Shown one piece after another: positions 30,171 to 41,527 of a stretch of DNA of 64,000 bases. The notes under the pieces are model-generated. The model did no database searches. It saw only the letters and a program-made list of their open reading frames with translations, and had not been told where the DNA came from. Source of the DNA: Escherichia coli (GTDB taxonomy: Bacteria; Pseudomonadota; Gammaproteobacteria; Enterobacterales; Enterobacteriaceae); the NCBI RefSeq assembly GCF_050320075.1, contig NZ_CP190018.1; one strand, given 5' to 3'. Both the position numbers and the translations under genes were made by a program. Position 1 is the stretch's first letter, and each line of letters opens with the position of its first letter.

Positions 30171-31628
30171 GTGTCTGAACTGTCTCAATTATCTCCACAG
30201 CCGCTGTGGGATATTTTTGCCAAAATCTGTTCTATTCCTCACCCGTCCTATCATGAAGAGCAACTCGCTGAATACATTGTTGGTTGGGCAAAAGAGAAAG
30301 GTTTCCATGTCGAACGCGATCAGGTAGGTAATATCCTGATTCGTAAACCTGCTACCGCAGGTATGGAAAATCGTAAACCGGTCGTCTTGCAGGCCCACCT
30401 CGATATGGTGCCACAGAAAAATAACGACACCGTGCATGACTTCACTAAAGATCCTATCCAGCCTTATATTGATGGCGAATGGGTTAAAGCGCGCGGCACC
30501 ACGCTGGGTGCGGATAACGGCATTGGTATGGCGTCTGCGCTGGCGGTTCTGGCTGACGAAAACGTGGTTCACGGCCCGCTGGAAGTGCTGCTGACCATGA
30601 CCGAAGAAGCCGGTATGGATGGTGCTTTTGGCTTACAGAGCAACTGGTTGCAGGCTGATATTCTGATTAACACCGACTCCGAAGAGGAAGGTGAAATCTA
30701 CATGGGTTGCGCGGGGGGTATCGACTTCACCTCCAACCTGCATTTAGATCGTGAAGCAGTTCCAGCTGGTTTTGAAACCTTCAAGTTAACCTTAAAAGGT
30801 CTAAAAGGCGGTCACTCCGGCGGTGAAATCCACGTTGGCCTGGGTAATGCCAACAAACTGCTGGTGCGCTTCCTGGCGGGTCATGCAGAAGAGCTGGACC
30901 TGCGCCTTATCGATTTCAACGGTGGCACACTGCGTAACGCCATCCCGCGTGAAGCCTTTGCGACCATTGCTGTCGCAGCTGATAAAGTCGACGCCCTGAA
31001 ATCTCTGGTGAATACCTATCAGGAAATCCTGAAAAACGAGCTGGCAGAGAAAGAGAAAAATCTGGCATTGCTGCTGGACTCTGTTGCGAACGATAAAGCT
31101 GCCCTGATTGCGAAATCTCGCGATACCTTTATTCGTCTGCTGAACGCCACCCCGAACGGTGTGATCCGCAACTCCGACGTGGCAAAAGGTGTGGTCGAAA
31201 CCTCCCTGAACGTCGGTGTGGTGACCATGACTGACAATAACGTAGAAATTCACTGCCTGATCCGTTCTCTGATCGACAGCGGTAAAGACTACGTGGTGAG
31301 CATGCTGGATTCGCTGGGTAAACTGGCTGGCGCGAAAACCGAAGCGAAAGGCGCATATCCTGGCTGGCAGCCGGACGCTAATTCTCCGGTGATGCATCTG
31401 GTACGTGAAACCTATCAGCGACTGTTCAACAAGACGCCGAACATCCAGATTATTCACGCGGGCCTGGAATGTGGTCTGTTTAAAAAACCGTATCCGGAAA
31501 TGGACATGGTTTCTATCGGGCCAACAATCACCGGTCCACACTCTCCGGATGAGCAAGTTCACATCGAAAGCGTAGGTCATTACTGGACACTGCTGACTGA
31601 ACTGCTGAAAGAAATTCCGGCGAAGTAA
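30171..31628 (+). CDS. pepD: Cytosol non-specific dipeptidase PepD
   Basis: 485 aa; M20 peptidase. Confidence 0.95.
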   Translation: MSELSQLSPQPLWDIFAKICSIPHPSYHEEQLAEYIVGWAKEKGFHVERDQVGNILIRKPATAGMENRKPVVLQAHLDMVPQKNNDTVHDFTKDPIQPYIDGEWVKARGTTLGADNGIGMASALAVLADENVVHGPLEVLLTMTEEAGMDGAFGLQSNWLQADILINTDSEEEGEIYMGCAGGIDFTSNLHLDREAVPAGFETFKLTLKGLKGGHSGGEIHVGLGNANKLLVRFLAGHAEELDLRLIDFNGGTLRNAIPREAFATIAVAADKVDALKSLVNTYQEILKNELAEKEKNLALLLDSVANDKAALIAKSRDTFIRLLNATPNGVIRNSDVAKGVVETSLNVGVVTMTDNNVEIHCLIRSLIDSGKDYVVSMLDSLGKLAGAKTEAKGAYPGWQPDANSPVMHLVRETYQRLFNKTPNIQIIHAGLECGLFKKPYPEMDMVSIGPTITGPHSPDEQVHIESVGHYWTLLTELLKEIPAK

Positions 31629-31684
31629 TTATTTGATTTGCTGCCGGATGGCGTTTAATCGCCTTCCGGCAGTTTCATCCTTCA

Positions 31685-32240
31685 TTATCCTTCGATAAAA
31701 GCCATCCCTGTAAATGTCCGTCTCGGGTTGCCACGTTCAATCTGGTGATGGAACATTCGCCGCTGCGATTTCAGCACCGCGCTATTTTCCTGTTGCTGTT
31801 GTTCCAGCTTCCAGGCAATCAGCAATCGCGCCAGCCGCTTGTTAGCATGCCCAGAAACAAGTTTTTGCGCCCATGATGAGGCCGATACGGACTCGGACAA
31901 ATCCACTGAATAGTGCCGCACCAACTTTCGCTTAATGCCCATGCGTTATCGCCATCCAGAGAAATCAGCGCCGAACGCAGCGTGTCAGAGCAGCGGCCCG
32001 TTTCTGTTTCCAGCACCGTTACCGCGACGTCTTGCCGGGTAAAAACGACCAACAGAGAATAACGCTGCGCCAATCGGGTAGCCGCGTCCGGGGTGTAAAT
32101 CTGGCATCCCTACTACGCGCTGCATGTTGGGTAAATTTGCCGTGGTGTGTAATTGTTGGATCGCTAAACTCTCGATCCACAGGTCATCAGATGCGATGGT
32201 AAATACCGCATCGGATAAGGGACGAATATATTTGCCCATG
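31685..32240 (-). pseudogene. prfH: Remnants of an rtcB-like / prfH ribosome-rescue pair (fragmented)
   Basis: Three overlapping ORF fragments in different frames: RtcB-like N-terminal fragment, PrfH-like middle and PrfH C-terminus. Confidence 0.7.
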
Positions 32241-32484
32241 TATCATTCCATTTATACTCGTCATACTTCAAGTTGCATGTACTGCGACTCGAATTATTTA
32301 GAGTATATAAATATAAAAATCAGGAAATGGCAGACGAATCCAGGGCAAGAAAAAAAGAATTAATCCTGGAAAGGTCTGCAAAGAGTCATTGATAAAGGAT
32401 TTGTCATGATTTACCTCCTTGCAGTTTGTGGAATAAGAAAACGCGCACATACTAGGCGGGCGTTATTTTCATTGCAAGCTGGAT

Positions 32485-32937
32485 TTAATGTTGCGGTTTA
32501 TATCGTATATAAAAATTAGTAAACCACGCTCCCCGGCATTCAACGCGCTGCTGCTTAACTGTCTGAAAACCATAACGTTCAAAAAAGGGTTTTGCGGTTA
32601 TGCTGGCATCTACCGTTAGTTCGGATTCAGACTTAATCAAAGGTTTTAACAAAGCGCTGGCAACCCCACGGCGGGTGTATTCAGGGTCAACAAATAACAT
32701 ATCGATATAATGTTCAACGCAGGTAATAAAGCCGACCAGTTTTGCATTAATGACTGCAACCCGCACTTGTGATTTCGCGAGTTTCTCCTTCCAGCGAGAT
32801 TCGTCAATCTGCGCCCAGGCGGCAATTTGTTGTGGTGAATAATGCTGACTGGCGGTCATCGTAACCGCTCTAATGAAAATAGCGCATAGTTGCTGAAAAT
32901 CGCCAGGCTGATAATCTCTTATTTGTATGTTATTCAT
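32485..32937 (-). CDS. yafP: GNAT acetyltransferase YafP
   Basis: 150 aa; last gene of the dinB operon. Confidence 0.9.
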   Translation of the reverse strand: MNNIQIRDYQPGDFQQLCAIFIRAVTMTASQHYSPQQIAAWAQIDESRWKEKLAKSQVRVAVINAKLVGFITCVEHYIDMLFVDPEYTRRGVASALLKPLIKSESELTVDASITAKPFFERYGFQTVKQQRVECRGAWFTNFYIRYKPQH

Positions 32938-32946
32938 AATATAAAT

Positions 32947-33345
32947 TCAAAAACGCATGCGAAACGCTTCTGCCATTTTTCCAATTTTATGCATTTGGTT
33001 GTTATCTCGAGCCAGTTTATGAGGTTCAGGCTTCAGAATGGCAATGAGCAACCATGCTTGCTCATCAAACGCACCCTGACAATATACCAAATGCGCTTCG
33101 TCATTCGTTCTGCTGAATTGGCGCAACTGTGGCGGAAATGGATTATTCACATTTGCCAGATGAATATGAGCAACTCGCTCAAATTTGATTAATGGCCAGG
33201 TAAACGAGTCGTCGTAGAGTGCATCGCGACCAAATATATCTGGCAAAACACCGTCACGCTTATAGGAAATAAAATCCGCCGTTAACGCATCAAGTTCCTC
33301 TGCTGTAAGTTGCAGGCGAATAAGTTTTGTTTTGAATACCCGCAT
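32947..33345 (-). CDS. yafO: YafO ribosome-dependent mRNA interferase toxin
   Basis: 132 aa; follows yafN. Confidence 0.9.
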   Translation of the reverse strand: MRVFKTKLIRLQLTAEELDALTADFISYKRDGVLPDIFGRDALYDDSFTWPLIKFERVAHIHLANVNNPFPPQLRQFSRTNDEAHLVYCQGAFDEQAWLLIAILKPEPHKLARDNNQMHKIGKMAEAFRMRF

Positions 33346-33347
33346 CC

Positions 33348-33641
33348 TTATTCCTTAAAGTCATTGAAATCATCATCCGTCATATCATTAAGATATTGTT
33401 CAGCGCGGCGTGTAATTTCCTCTAATCTTGCGGCACTCGGACGGAAGCGCGCCTTCACCAGTTTTTTCTCCTCTTGTTCTGCAAGCATGTCCATTAACGC
33501 TTCGAATGCGCTGGCACTTAAGAGATATCCTGCGGGGCGATTATTAGAAAGAACCGCAACCGGTTGATCAATAAAGTATTTTGCTGGATTTTTACGTAAC
33601 TCAGTGATATTGACCGATTTTTCAGCGAGAATTCGATGCAT
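33348..33641 (-). CDS. yafN: YafN antitoxin
   Basis: 97 aa; Phd/YefM-like. Confidence 0.9.
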   Translation of the reverse strand: MHRILAEKSVNITELRKNPAKYFIDQPVAVLSNNRPAGYLLSASAFEALMDMLAEQEEKKLVKARFRPSAARLEEITRRAEQYLNDMTDDDFNDFKE

Positions 33642-33692
33642 ACAGTGATACCCTCATAATAATGCACACCAGAATATACATAATAGTATACA

Positions 33693-34748
33693 TCATAATC
33701 CCAGCACCAGTTGTCTTTCCATTTGCGGGTCAAGCAACGTCACATGCAGCCCCACCAGCCGCACACCGCGCCCGCCGCGACGTTCATCCCAGGTTTTACG
33801 CGCGGTGGCAATTAAGTCAGCTTTATTCAGCCGCGGCCAGACGTGCTCCTGAGTGGTTTGCTGAAAATCATCAAACTTTAATTTCACCCCCTGGCGAGCA
33901 ATCAGTAAATCAGGTTTTACTTTTGCCAGACGGCGTTCAAGTTCCGGGTACAGCCGCTCGATAATCGCTTCACATTCAGACCAGTGATGAATATCTTCCG
34001 CCATCGTGCGTTCCACGCCGACGGATTTTCGCAACCGTTCGCTGTTAACGTCGCGCTCGTCAATCCCCTGACTACGCTCCCACAAAATGCGGCCAAATTT
34101 GCCAAAACGTTTGAGCAGAGTCACCAGATCACACTTTTGCACATCACCGCAGGTCCGCAGCCCCATCGCTTCCAGTTTTGCCGCCGAGACTTTGCCGACG
34201 CCGGGGATTTTTGCCAGCGGTAAGGTTTGTAAAAATGTCGGAACTTCTGCCGGCGTAATCACAAACTGGCCGTTGGGTTTATTCATGTCGGAGGCGATTT
34301 TGGCGAGAAACTTTACTGGTGCCACGCCCGCAGACGCCGTCAGTTGCAGCTCGCTGAAAATCGTCTGGCGGATTTCCTGGGCGATGAGGGTCGCAGAACC
34401 GTGGCAATGGACGCTATCGGTGACATCGAGATAGGCCTCATCCAGTGACAACGGTTCAATGCGCGAGGTGTAGCGCGAGAAGATTTCACGGATATGATTT
34501 GAGGCTTCTTTGTAGGCGTCAAAGCGCCCCGGAAGCAAGGTGAGATGTGGGCATAATTTGAGCGCCATCCCAGTAGGCATAGCGCTACGTACGCCAAATT
34601 TACGCGCGGGATAATTGGCGGTGCTGATCACCCCCCGACGTTCGCGGCTGCCGCCAATAGCAATAGGGATATCGCGCAGGGCGGGATTGTCGCGCATCTC
34701 CACTGCGGCGAAAAAGCAGTCCATATCCACATGAATGATTTTACGCAT
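33693..34748 (-). CDS. dinB: DNA polymerase IV
   Basis: 351 aa; [33 protein letters not shown]... Confidence 0.95.
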   Translation of the reverse strand: MRKIIHVDMDCFFAAVEMRDNPALRDIPIAIGGSRERRGVISTANYPARKFGVRSAMPTGMALKLCPHLTLLPGRFDAYKEASNHIREIFSRYTSRIEPLSLDEAYLDVTDSVHCHGSATLIAQEIRQTIFSELQLTASAGVAPVKFLAKIASDMNKPNGQFVITPAEVPTFLQTLPLAKIPGVGKVSAAKLEAMGLRTCGDVQKCDLVTLLKRFGKFGRILWERSQGIDERDVNSERLRKSVGVERTMAEDIHHWSECEAIIERLYPELERRLAKVKPDLLIARQGVKLKFDDFQQTTQEHVWPRLNKADLIATARKTWDERRGGRGVRLVGLHVTLLDPQMERQLVLGL

Positions 34749-34762
34749 TGCTCACCTCTCAA

Positions 34763-34782
34763 CACTGGTAAAGTATACAGTG
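34763..34782 (-). promoter_or_regulatory. LexA box of dinB (CACTGTATACTTTACCAGTG)
   Basis: Minus-strand SOS box about 15 bp upstream of the dinB ATG. Confidence 0.85.
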
Positions 34783-34818
34783 ATTTCAGGGTTTGAGAAA
34801 TGCGTAAAGATTCAGCAT

Positions 34819-35515
34819 CTAGCGCGTTCGCTGCGAAAGCACCTGCTGCTTATCCAGCTTTTGCACCAGCGGCTGCACCACTTTATCCCCATGCTGACCA
34901 AAGTATTGATACAGCGTATCGGACGCACTTTTGGTCAGCACCATAATCTCAATGCGTCGGTTGCCCGCGCTTTGCGGATTTTTCGCGTCCAGCAGCATCT
35001 GGTCCGCCATCGCGCTCACCTGCATCACTTTATCTTCCGGCATTCCGGCCTCTTCCAGCACCCGACGAGCCGAAAGCGCGCGATCGCCCGAAAGGTTCCA
35101 GTTGTTGTAGATATTGTTTTTGTAGGCCATCGCATCGGTATGCCCGGTAATAATAATTTTGTTATCGAGCGAGTCGAACACTGGCGCGAGCTCCACCAGC
35201 AAAGTTTTAAAGAACGGCATAATCTGTGCGCTGCCGCGTTCAAACATATTGCGGTTCTGGTCATCTTTAATCAGCACGCGCAGTCCCTGGGGAACAATCT
35301 CCATCTCCAGATTCGCTTCCATATGTGCATCACGGGCAATGGTGTTGATACTGGTCGCCAGCTCGCCAAGCTCAGTAGCGGATTTCTTCTTCAGCAGCGC
35401 CGTTTTCTCATTGACGTCACGCGCTTTTTTCTCCGTCTCTTCCGGCACCGCCACGGTGGCAGGTTTTGGCGGATGAGACAGGCTGATTTTATTTAACGGC
35501 GACAACCCGCCGCCA
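34819..35515 (-). pseudogene. lafU: lafU (mbhA) remnant, MotB-like, N-terminally truncated (Flag-2 remnant)
   Basis: OmpA-like peptidoglycan-binding C-terminal region; upstream part of the ORF is not protein-like and overlaps lfhA. Confidence 0.7.
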
Positions 35516-37288
35516 TTGAAAATCGACTGCCCGTGCAGCGCGGCGATAATGCTTTCACGCTCGGATTTACTGACGCTGTTGACAATCAACTTTATCGTCG
35601 TCACCAAAGGGGCCGAGCGTATTTCCGAGGTTTCTGCCCGCTTTACCCTGGACGCGATGCCCGGCAAACAGATGGCGATTGACGCCGATCTTAACGCCGG
35701 GTTGATCAACCAGGCGCAGGCGCAAACCCGGCGTAAAGATGTTGCCAGCGAGGCCGATTTCTACGGCGCAATGGACGGGGCATCGAAGTTTGTGCGCGGG
35801 GATGCCATCGCCGGGATGATGATTCTGGCGATCAACCTGATCGGCGGCGTCTGTATCGGGATCTTCAAATACAACCTGAGCGCCGATGCCGCCTTCCAGC
35901 AATATGTGCTGATGACCATCGGCGACGGCCTGGTGGCGCAGATCCCGTCCCTGCTGCTTTCCACCGCGGCGGCGATTATCGTCACCCGCGTCAGCGACAA
36001 CGGCGATATTGCCCATGACGTGCGTAACCAGTTGCTGGCAAGCCCGTCGGTGCTCTACACCGCCACCGGGATCATGTTTGTGCTGGCGGTTGTGCCGGGG
36101 ATGCCGCATCTGCCGTTTTTGCTGTTCAGCGCCCTGCTTGGTTTTACCGGCTGGCGGATGAGCAAACGCCCGCAGGCGGCGGAGGCGGAGGAGAAAAGCC
36201 TCGAAACGCTGACCCGCACCATCACCGAAACCAGCGAGCAACAGGTCAGTTGGGAGACTATTCCGCTGATCGAACCCATCAGTTTAAGCCTCGGTTACAA
36301 ACTGGTGGCGCTGGTCGATAAAGCGCAGGGTAACCCACTCACCCAGCGTATTCGCGGCGTGCGGCAAGTGATATCCGACGGCAACGGCGTGCTGCTGCCG
36401 GAGATCCGTATTCGGGAAAACTTCCGCCTCAAGCCCAGCCAGTACGCCATATTCATCAACGGCATTAAGGCCGATGAAGCGGATATTCCGGCGGATAAAC
36501 TGATGGCCCTGCCCTCCAGCGAAACCTACGGCGAGATTGACGGCGTGCTGGGGAACGACCCGGCGTACGGGATGCCGGTGACCTGGATCCAGCCCGCGCA
36601 GAAAGCGAAAGCGCTGAATATGGGGTATCAGGTGATCGACAGCGCCAGCGTGATCGCTACCCATGTGAACAAGATTGTGCGCAGCTATATTCCTGATTTG
36701 TTTAACTATGATGACATCACGCAGTTGCATAACCGTTTGTCGTCGATGGCACCGCGCCTGGCGGAAGATTTGAGCGCGGCGCTCAATTACAGCCAATTGC
36801 TGAAAGTGTACCGGGCGCTGCTGACCGAAGGCGTTTCCCTGCGCGATATTGTCACCATCGCCACCGTGCTGGTCGCCAGTAGCACAGTGACCAAAGATCA
36901 TATCCTGCTGGCGGCCGATGTGCGCCTGGCATTGCGGCGCAGCATTACCCATCCGTTCGTTCGCAAGCAGGAGCTGACGGTGTATACGCTGAATAATGAG
37001 CTGGAAAATCTGCTCACCAACGTGGTGAATCAGGCGCAACAGGGCGGGAAAGTGATGCTCGACAGCGTGCCGGTCGATCCGAATATGCTCAACCAGTTCC
37101 AGAGTACGATGCCGCAGGTAAAAGAGCAGATGAAAGCGGCGGGGAAAGACCCGGTGCTGCTGGTGCCGCCGCAGTTGCGTCCTTTGCTGGCGCGTTATGC
37201 AAGGTTGTTTGCGCCGGGGCTGCATGTGCTGTCGTATAACGAAGTGCCGGACGAGCTGGAGTTGAAGATTATGGGGGCGTTGAGTTGA
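35516..37288 (+). pseudogene. lfhA: lfhA remnant, FlhA-family export-gate protein lacking its N-terminus (Flag-2 remnant)
   Basis: FHIPEP-family sequence from about residue 45 of the ORF; garbled N-terminal 40 aa. Confidence 0.75.
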
Positions 37289-37371
37289 TTGAGGAATCTT
37301 TTCCATGCTTTGCAGCACCTGACACCATTAATTGACGTCACACTGCAAAGAGACTACGATGACACCATACA

Positions 37372-37671
37372 ATGACGTCATGGATTGATAGTATGATTAA
37401 GGTCAGCGCGCTAGGCTCTCGTCATAGAAAAACATTCGACGATGTAATGACGGAGCCGCCAAAATCTGGAATTAAATGGGATGATGTTGTTGCACTCATT
37501 AAAGCTGTGGGTGGAACAATAAAAAATAACAACGGCTCCAGACGAAAATTTCAGATTGGAACGACCAAATTCAGCACACATGAGCCACATCCAAAGAATG
37601 TGATGGATAAAGGCGCAGTAGCAGGTCTTAAGGAGTGGTTTGTTAACTGTGTAGGGGTAGATTATGAATAA
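37372..37671 (+). CDS. HicA/YcfA-family toxin-like protein (start uncertain)
   Basis: GSRRKFQIG...THEPHPKNVMDKGAVAGLKEW resembles the HicA G-S-H...PHPKKD core; followed by a HicB-like gene. Confidence 0.55.
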   Translation: MTSWIDSMIKVSALGSRHRKTFDDVMTEPPKSGIKWDDVVALIKAVGGTIKNNNGSRRKFQIGTTKFSTHEPHPKNVMDKGAVAGLKEWFVNCVGVDYE

Positions 37672-38020
37672 AGCATCGAACATTATCACAATTAAAGGTC
37701 AACCAGCCGCAGTGACATTTGAAGCCGATATCAACGCATTTCGCGGCAAGTTCCTCAATGTAAACGGTTATTGTGACTTTGTAGCCACAAGTATTGAGGC
37801 ATTATATCGTGAAGGCGAAAGCGCGCTGGATGAGTGGATGGCGGATTGTGAAGAGGACGGTATTGCCCCTTTTCGTGAAGAAGAAGAGCAAAAACGCCTG
37901 ACGCTTCGTGTTCCTCATCACATTGATTCGCGGCTGACCATCGTCGCCAGACAACATTCCATTTCAAAAAACCAGCTCATTGTTGATGTCTTAGAACGTG
38001 AGTTTTCAGCCCAGATGTAA
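37664..38020 (+). CDS. HicB-family antitoxin-like protein with C-terminal RHH-type region
   Basis: 118 aa; ATG after AGGGGTAG; overlaps the upstream stop; C-terminus RLTLRVPHHIDSRLTIVARQHSISKNQLIVDVLEREF. Confidence 0.55.
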   Translation: MNKASNIITIKGQPAAVTFEADINAFRGKFLNVNGYCDFVATSIEALYREGESALDEWMADCEEDGIAPFREEEEQKRLTLRVPHHIDSRLTIVARQHSISKNQLIVDVLEREFSAQM

Positions 38021-38076
38021 ACAGGTCGGATGCCGCGTGGCATCCGACCTTTTGCCAGTTCGTCAATATTACCCAT

Positions 38077-38835
38077 TTACAAAATCGTCTCTTCCGTCAA
38101 AATCCGGCGCGCGCCTAAAAAATGGTCCTGCCAGAAAGGTTCAGCTAACCGACTTACCCGTATGGTTTCCCCGGTGCGCGGCGACTCAATAAACTGTCCA
38201 TCGCCCAGATACACGCCCATATGGTCGGCAATCTCGCGGCTGTGGATATGAAAAAACAGCAAATCTCCCCGGCGCAGGTCGTTATTCGCCACAATGGTTG
38301 CCCGGCGATAGTGATACATCTCATTAGCCGTGCGTGGGAGCTTCGCCTCGAGGATCTTGTTGTAGGCATAAAAAACCAACCCGCTACAGTCGAAGCCTTG
38401 ATCGGGCCGCGTGCCGCCCCAGACGTAAGGCTTGCCAAGCTGCTGCTCCAGGCGGTGAATCGCCACTTCGGTGATGTTGTGTAGATGGTCGCTGCTTAAG
38501 AAATGGTTGTTCTCCGCCAGCGCCTGCCAGCGTCTGTCACTTGCCTTGAGCGGCGCAGGAAACCATTCTGGATGCTGTTTTATCTGTTCGCGGTTGTGCT
38601 GGCGCAGCGCCTTTCTGCTTTCGGCATTGCCTTCCACAATATAGCTGGCCTGTTTTTTCAGATGGGTTTGGTACTGTTTTAATAAACGCGCACGGTTTTG
38701 CATCCGCTGGCGGGCGGCGTAGCTGAAAGAGATATGTGATGTGGTGGCGCTGGCGAGTAAAGGGAGCAAAACGCATAACGAAAACACGCCTGGATGCAGA
38801 AATCTGCCGAGCAAGAACGAAGACATGAAGGACAT
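38077..38835 (-). CDS. yafL: NlpC/P60-family lipoprotein peptidase YafL
   Basis: Signal peptide; catalytic region DCSGLVFYAY. Confidence 0.85.
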   Translation of the reverse strand: MSFMSSFLLGRFLHPGVFSLCVLLPLLASATTSHISFSYAARQRMQNRARLLKQYQTHLKKQASYIVEGNAESRKALRQHNREQIKQHPEWFPAPLKASDRRWQALAENNHFLSSDHLHNITEVAIHRLEQQLGKPYVWGGTRPDQGFDCSGLVFYAYNKILEAKLPRTANEMYHYRRATIVANNDLRRGDLLFFHIHSREIADHMGVYLGDGQFIESPRTGETIRVSRLAEPFWQDHFLGARRILTEETIL

Positions 38836-39126
38836 AAACCGGCTGAATGAAGGTGAGAATTTTAAAAGACCAGAGGAGTAAACGGGATTATTAATTGCTT
38901 ATTTGCATATTACTATTGAGGTTTCATAATCTTAGGAAATAAATGATACATGCGCTTTTCGGACTATTGAAAACTGCCCCTGTGCTAAATTTGTAAACCC
39001 TGCGCCGACAGGCTTGCGTAAAACTCTTTTGGTGATAATGTGAGCCTTCCCAATCCAGACTATTCCGATTTGGGATCCATTTTGCCGTCCTGGCGTGTGT
39101 AACCGTTTTATCAAGGAATAAGCAGT

Positions 39127-39867
39127 ATGCGTAAAATCGCATTAATTCTTGCGATGTTGTTGATCCCGTGCGTTTCGTTTGCCGGTTTGCTGGGCAGCAG
39201 TAGCTCGACCACGCCAGTGAGCAAAGAGTATAAGCAGCAGTTGATGGGATCCCCTGTCTACATCCAGATCTTCAAGGAAGAACGTACACTCGATCTCTAC
39301 GTCAAAATGGGCGAGCAATATCAACTGCTCGACAGCTATAAAATCTGTAAATATTCCGGCGGCTTAGGGCCAAAACAGCGTCAGGGCGATTTCAAAAGCC
39401 CGGAAGGGTTTTATAGCGTCCAGCGTAATCAGTTAAAACCAGACAGCCGTTACTACAAAGCGATTAATATTGGATTCCCCAATGCCTATGACCGTGCGCA
39501 TGGTTATGAAGGGAAATATCTGATGATCCACGGCGATTGTGTTTCCATCGGCTGCTACGCGATGACCAATCAGGGTATTGATGAGATCTTCCAGTTCGTT
39601 ACTGGTGCGCTGGTTTTTGGTCAGCCGAGCGTGCAAGTGAGTATTTACCCGTTCCGCATGACCGACGCCAATATGAAGCGCCATAAATATTCCAACTTTA
39701 AGGACTTCTGGGAGCAACTGAAGCCGGGCTACGACTACTTTGAGCAAACCCGTAAGCCACCGACCGTTTCTGTGGTCAATGGCCGTTACGTGGTCAGCAA
39801 GCCGTTAAGCCACGAAGTTGTGCAACCACAGCTGGCATCAAACTACACGCTCCCCGAGGCAAAATAA
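39127..39867 (+). CDS. yafK: L,D-transpeptidase-domain protein YafK
   Basis: 246 aa with signal peptide and YkuD-like region. Confidence 0.9.
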   Translation: MRKIALILAMLLIPCVSFAGLLGSSSSTTPVSKEYKQQLMGSPVYIQIFKEERTLDLYVKMGEQYQLLDSYKICKYSGGLGPKQRQGDFKSPEGFYSVQRNQLKPDSRYYKAINIGFPNAYDRAHGYEGKYLMIHGDCVSIGCYAMTNQGIDEIFQFVTGALVFGQPSVQVSIYPFRMTDANMKRHKYSNFKDFWEQLKPGYDYFEQTRKPPTVSVVNGRYVVSKPLSHEVVQPQLASNYTLPEAK

Positions 39868-40605
39868 GCGCCATTCGCCTGGCATAATCTTTTGCCAGGT
39901 TTCATTGCCCGTCAGCGGCTGTGTCGCAATCACCGTGACCACATCATTCGGTGTGGTCTGCGAGCTGAAGTCGATTTCCACATCCTGATCCAGCAACGTT
40001 GCCACGCCAAACGGCGCGCGGCGGGTGATCCAGTGTAAATTAGTCGAGCAATACGCCATTACATAGCGCCCGTCAGAAAGCAGCATGTTGAAAACGCCCT
40101 TCTGCCGCAGTTCATCCGCCAGTGAGGCGATATATTTAAACACTGCCGCCATGTTGCCCGGTGTGCGCGGGTAACGCTGCGTTAATTTATGCAGGAGCCA
40201 GCAGAAGGCTTTTTCGCTGTCGGTTTCACCGACCGGGCGGAAGTTGCCGGTTTCCAGTGATTTGTATCCCGTCAGTTGTCCGTTATGGGCATAAGTCCAG
40301 TTACGCCCCCATAACTCGCGGGTAAACGGGTGAGTATTTTCCAGCGCCACCTCGCCCCGATTCGCCTGGCGAATATGAGCCACCACCGAACAGGATTTTA
40401 TCGGGTAGTCCTGGACAAGTTTGGCGATGGGGGAATTAAAGCTGGGTTGCGGATCTTTAAATGTGCGACAGCCTTTACCTTCGTAAAAGGTAATGCCCCA
40501 GCCATCTTTATGTGGCCCGGTTCCACCACCACGCTGTACAAGTCCGGTGAAACTAAAGCAGATATCGGTAGGGACGTTGGCGCTCATCCCGAGCAATTCG
40601 CACAT
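39838..40605 (-). CDS. yafJ: Class II glutamine amidotransferase YafJ
   Basis: Starts [12 protein letters not shown] (N-terminal nucleophile Cys) from ATG 40605. Confidence 0.9.
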   Translation of the reverse strand: MCELLGMSANVPTDICFSFTGLVQRGGGTGPHKDGWGITFYEGKGCRTFKDPQPSFNSPIAKLVQDYPIKSCSVVAHIRQANRGEVALENTHPFTRELWGRNWTYAHNGQLTGYKSLETGNFRPVGETDSEKAFCWLLHKLTQRYPRTPGNMAAVFKYIASLADELRQKGVFNMLLSDGRYVMAYCSTNLHWITRRAPFGVATLLDQDVEIDFSSQTTPNDVVTVIATQPLTGNETWQKIMPGEWRLFCLGERVV

Positions 40606-40709
40606 AGGTAACCCCCACAACAGCGGGAGCGCATGGCCCCCGGCGAAGATTGATTTAAGTATTTTCAGGTCGGATGCGGCGTAAACGCATTATTCGGCCT
40701 ACGCCAGAC

Positions 40710-41288
40710 TTACTTAACCATCTCTTTTTCAATTAACTGGATCAGGATATGGATCACTTTAATGTGGATCTCCTGAATGCGGTCGGCATAACCAAAGTGC
40801 GGTACGCGAATTTCGATATCCGCTGTGCCAGCCATTTTACCGCCGTCTTTACCGGTCAGGGTGATCACTTTCATCCCCTTCTCACGCGCCGCCGCGATCG
40901 CTTTGATCACGTTTGCAGAGTTACCGGAGGTGGAGATCCCCAGTAGTACATCGCCTTCGCGACCTACCGCTTCAACGTAACGGGAGAAAATATCGTTGAA
41001 ACCAAAATCGTTACCGACGCAGGAAATATGACTAACGTCAGAAATGGCAATCGCCGGATAGCCCGGACGGTTTTCACGGTAGCGCCCCGTCAACTCTTCG
41101 GCAAAGTGCATAGCGTCGCAATGGGAGCCGCCGTTGCCACAGGAAAGCACTTTGCCACCAGCTTTAAAACTGTCTGCTAACAGGACCGCCGCGCGCTGAA
41201 TGGCGTGAATATTGGCGTCATCTTTTAAAAAGTTAGCCAGCGTTTCCGCCGCTTCGTTCAGTTCGTTACGAATAAGATCCTGGTACAT
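40710..41288 (-). CDS. gmhA: Phosphoheptose isomerase
   Basis: 192 aa from ATG 41288 ([21 protein letters not shown]...). Confidence 0.95.
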
Positions 41289-41527
41289 GAGGATATCCTT
41301 CAGCATAAATGTAATAGACAAAATGCAGTGTACCGGATACCGCCAAAAGCGAGAAGTACGGGCAGGTGCTATGACCAGGACTTTTTGACCTGAAGTGCGG
41401 ATAAAAACAGCAACAATGTGAGCTTTGTTGTAATTATATTGTAAACACATTGCTAAATATTTTTACATCCACTACAACCATATCATCACAAGTGGTCAGA
41501 CCTCCTACAAGTAAGGGGCTTTTCGTT

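Noticed and set aside
30801-31580. 259-aa minus-strand ORF
   Set aside because: Entirely antisense to pepD; translation is low-complexity.
35567-37318. Two long minus-strand ORFs (224 and 344 aa) opposite lfhA
   Set aside because: Fully antisense to a recognisable FlhA-family gene in a GC-rich region; low-complexity Arg/His/Gln-rich translations; no RBS context.
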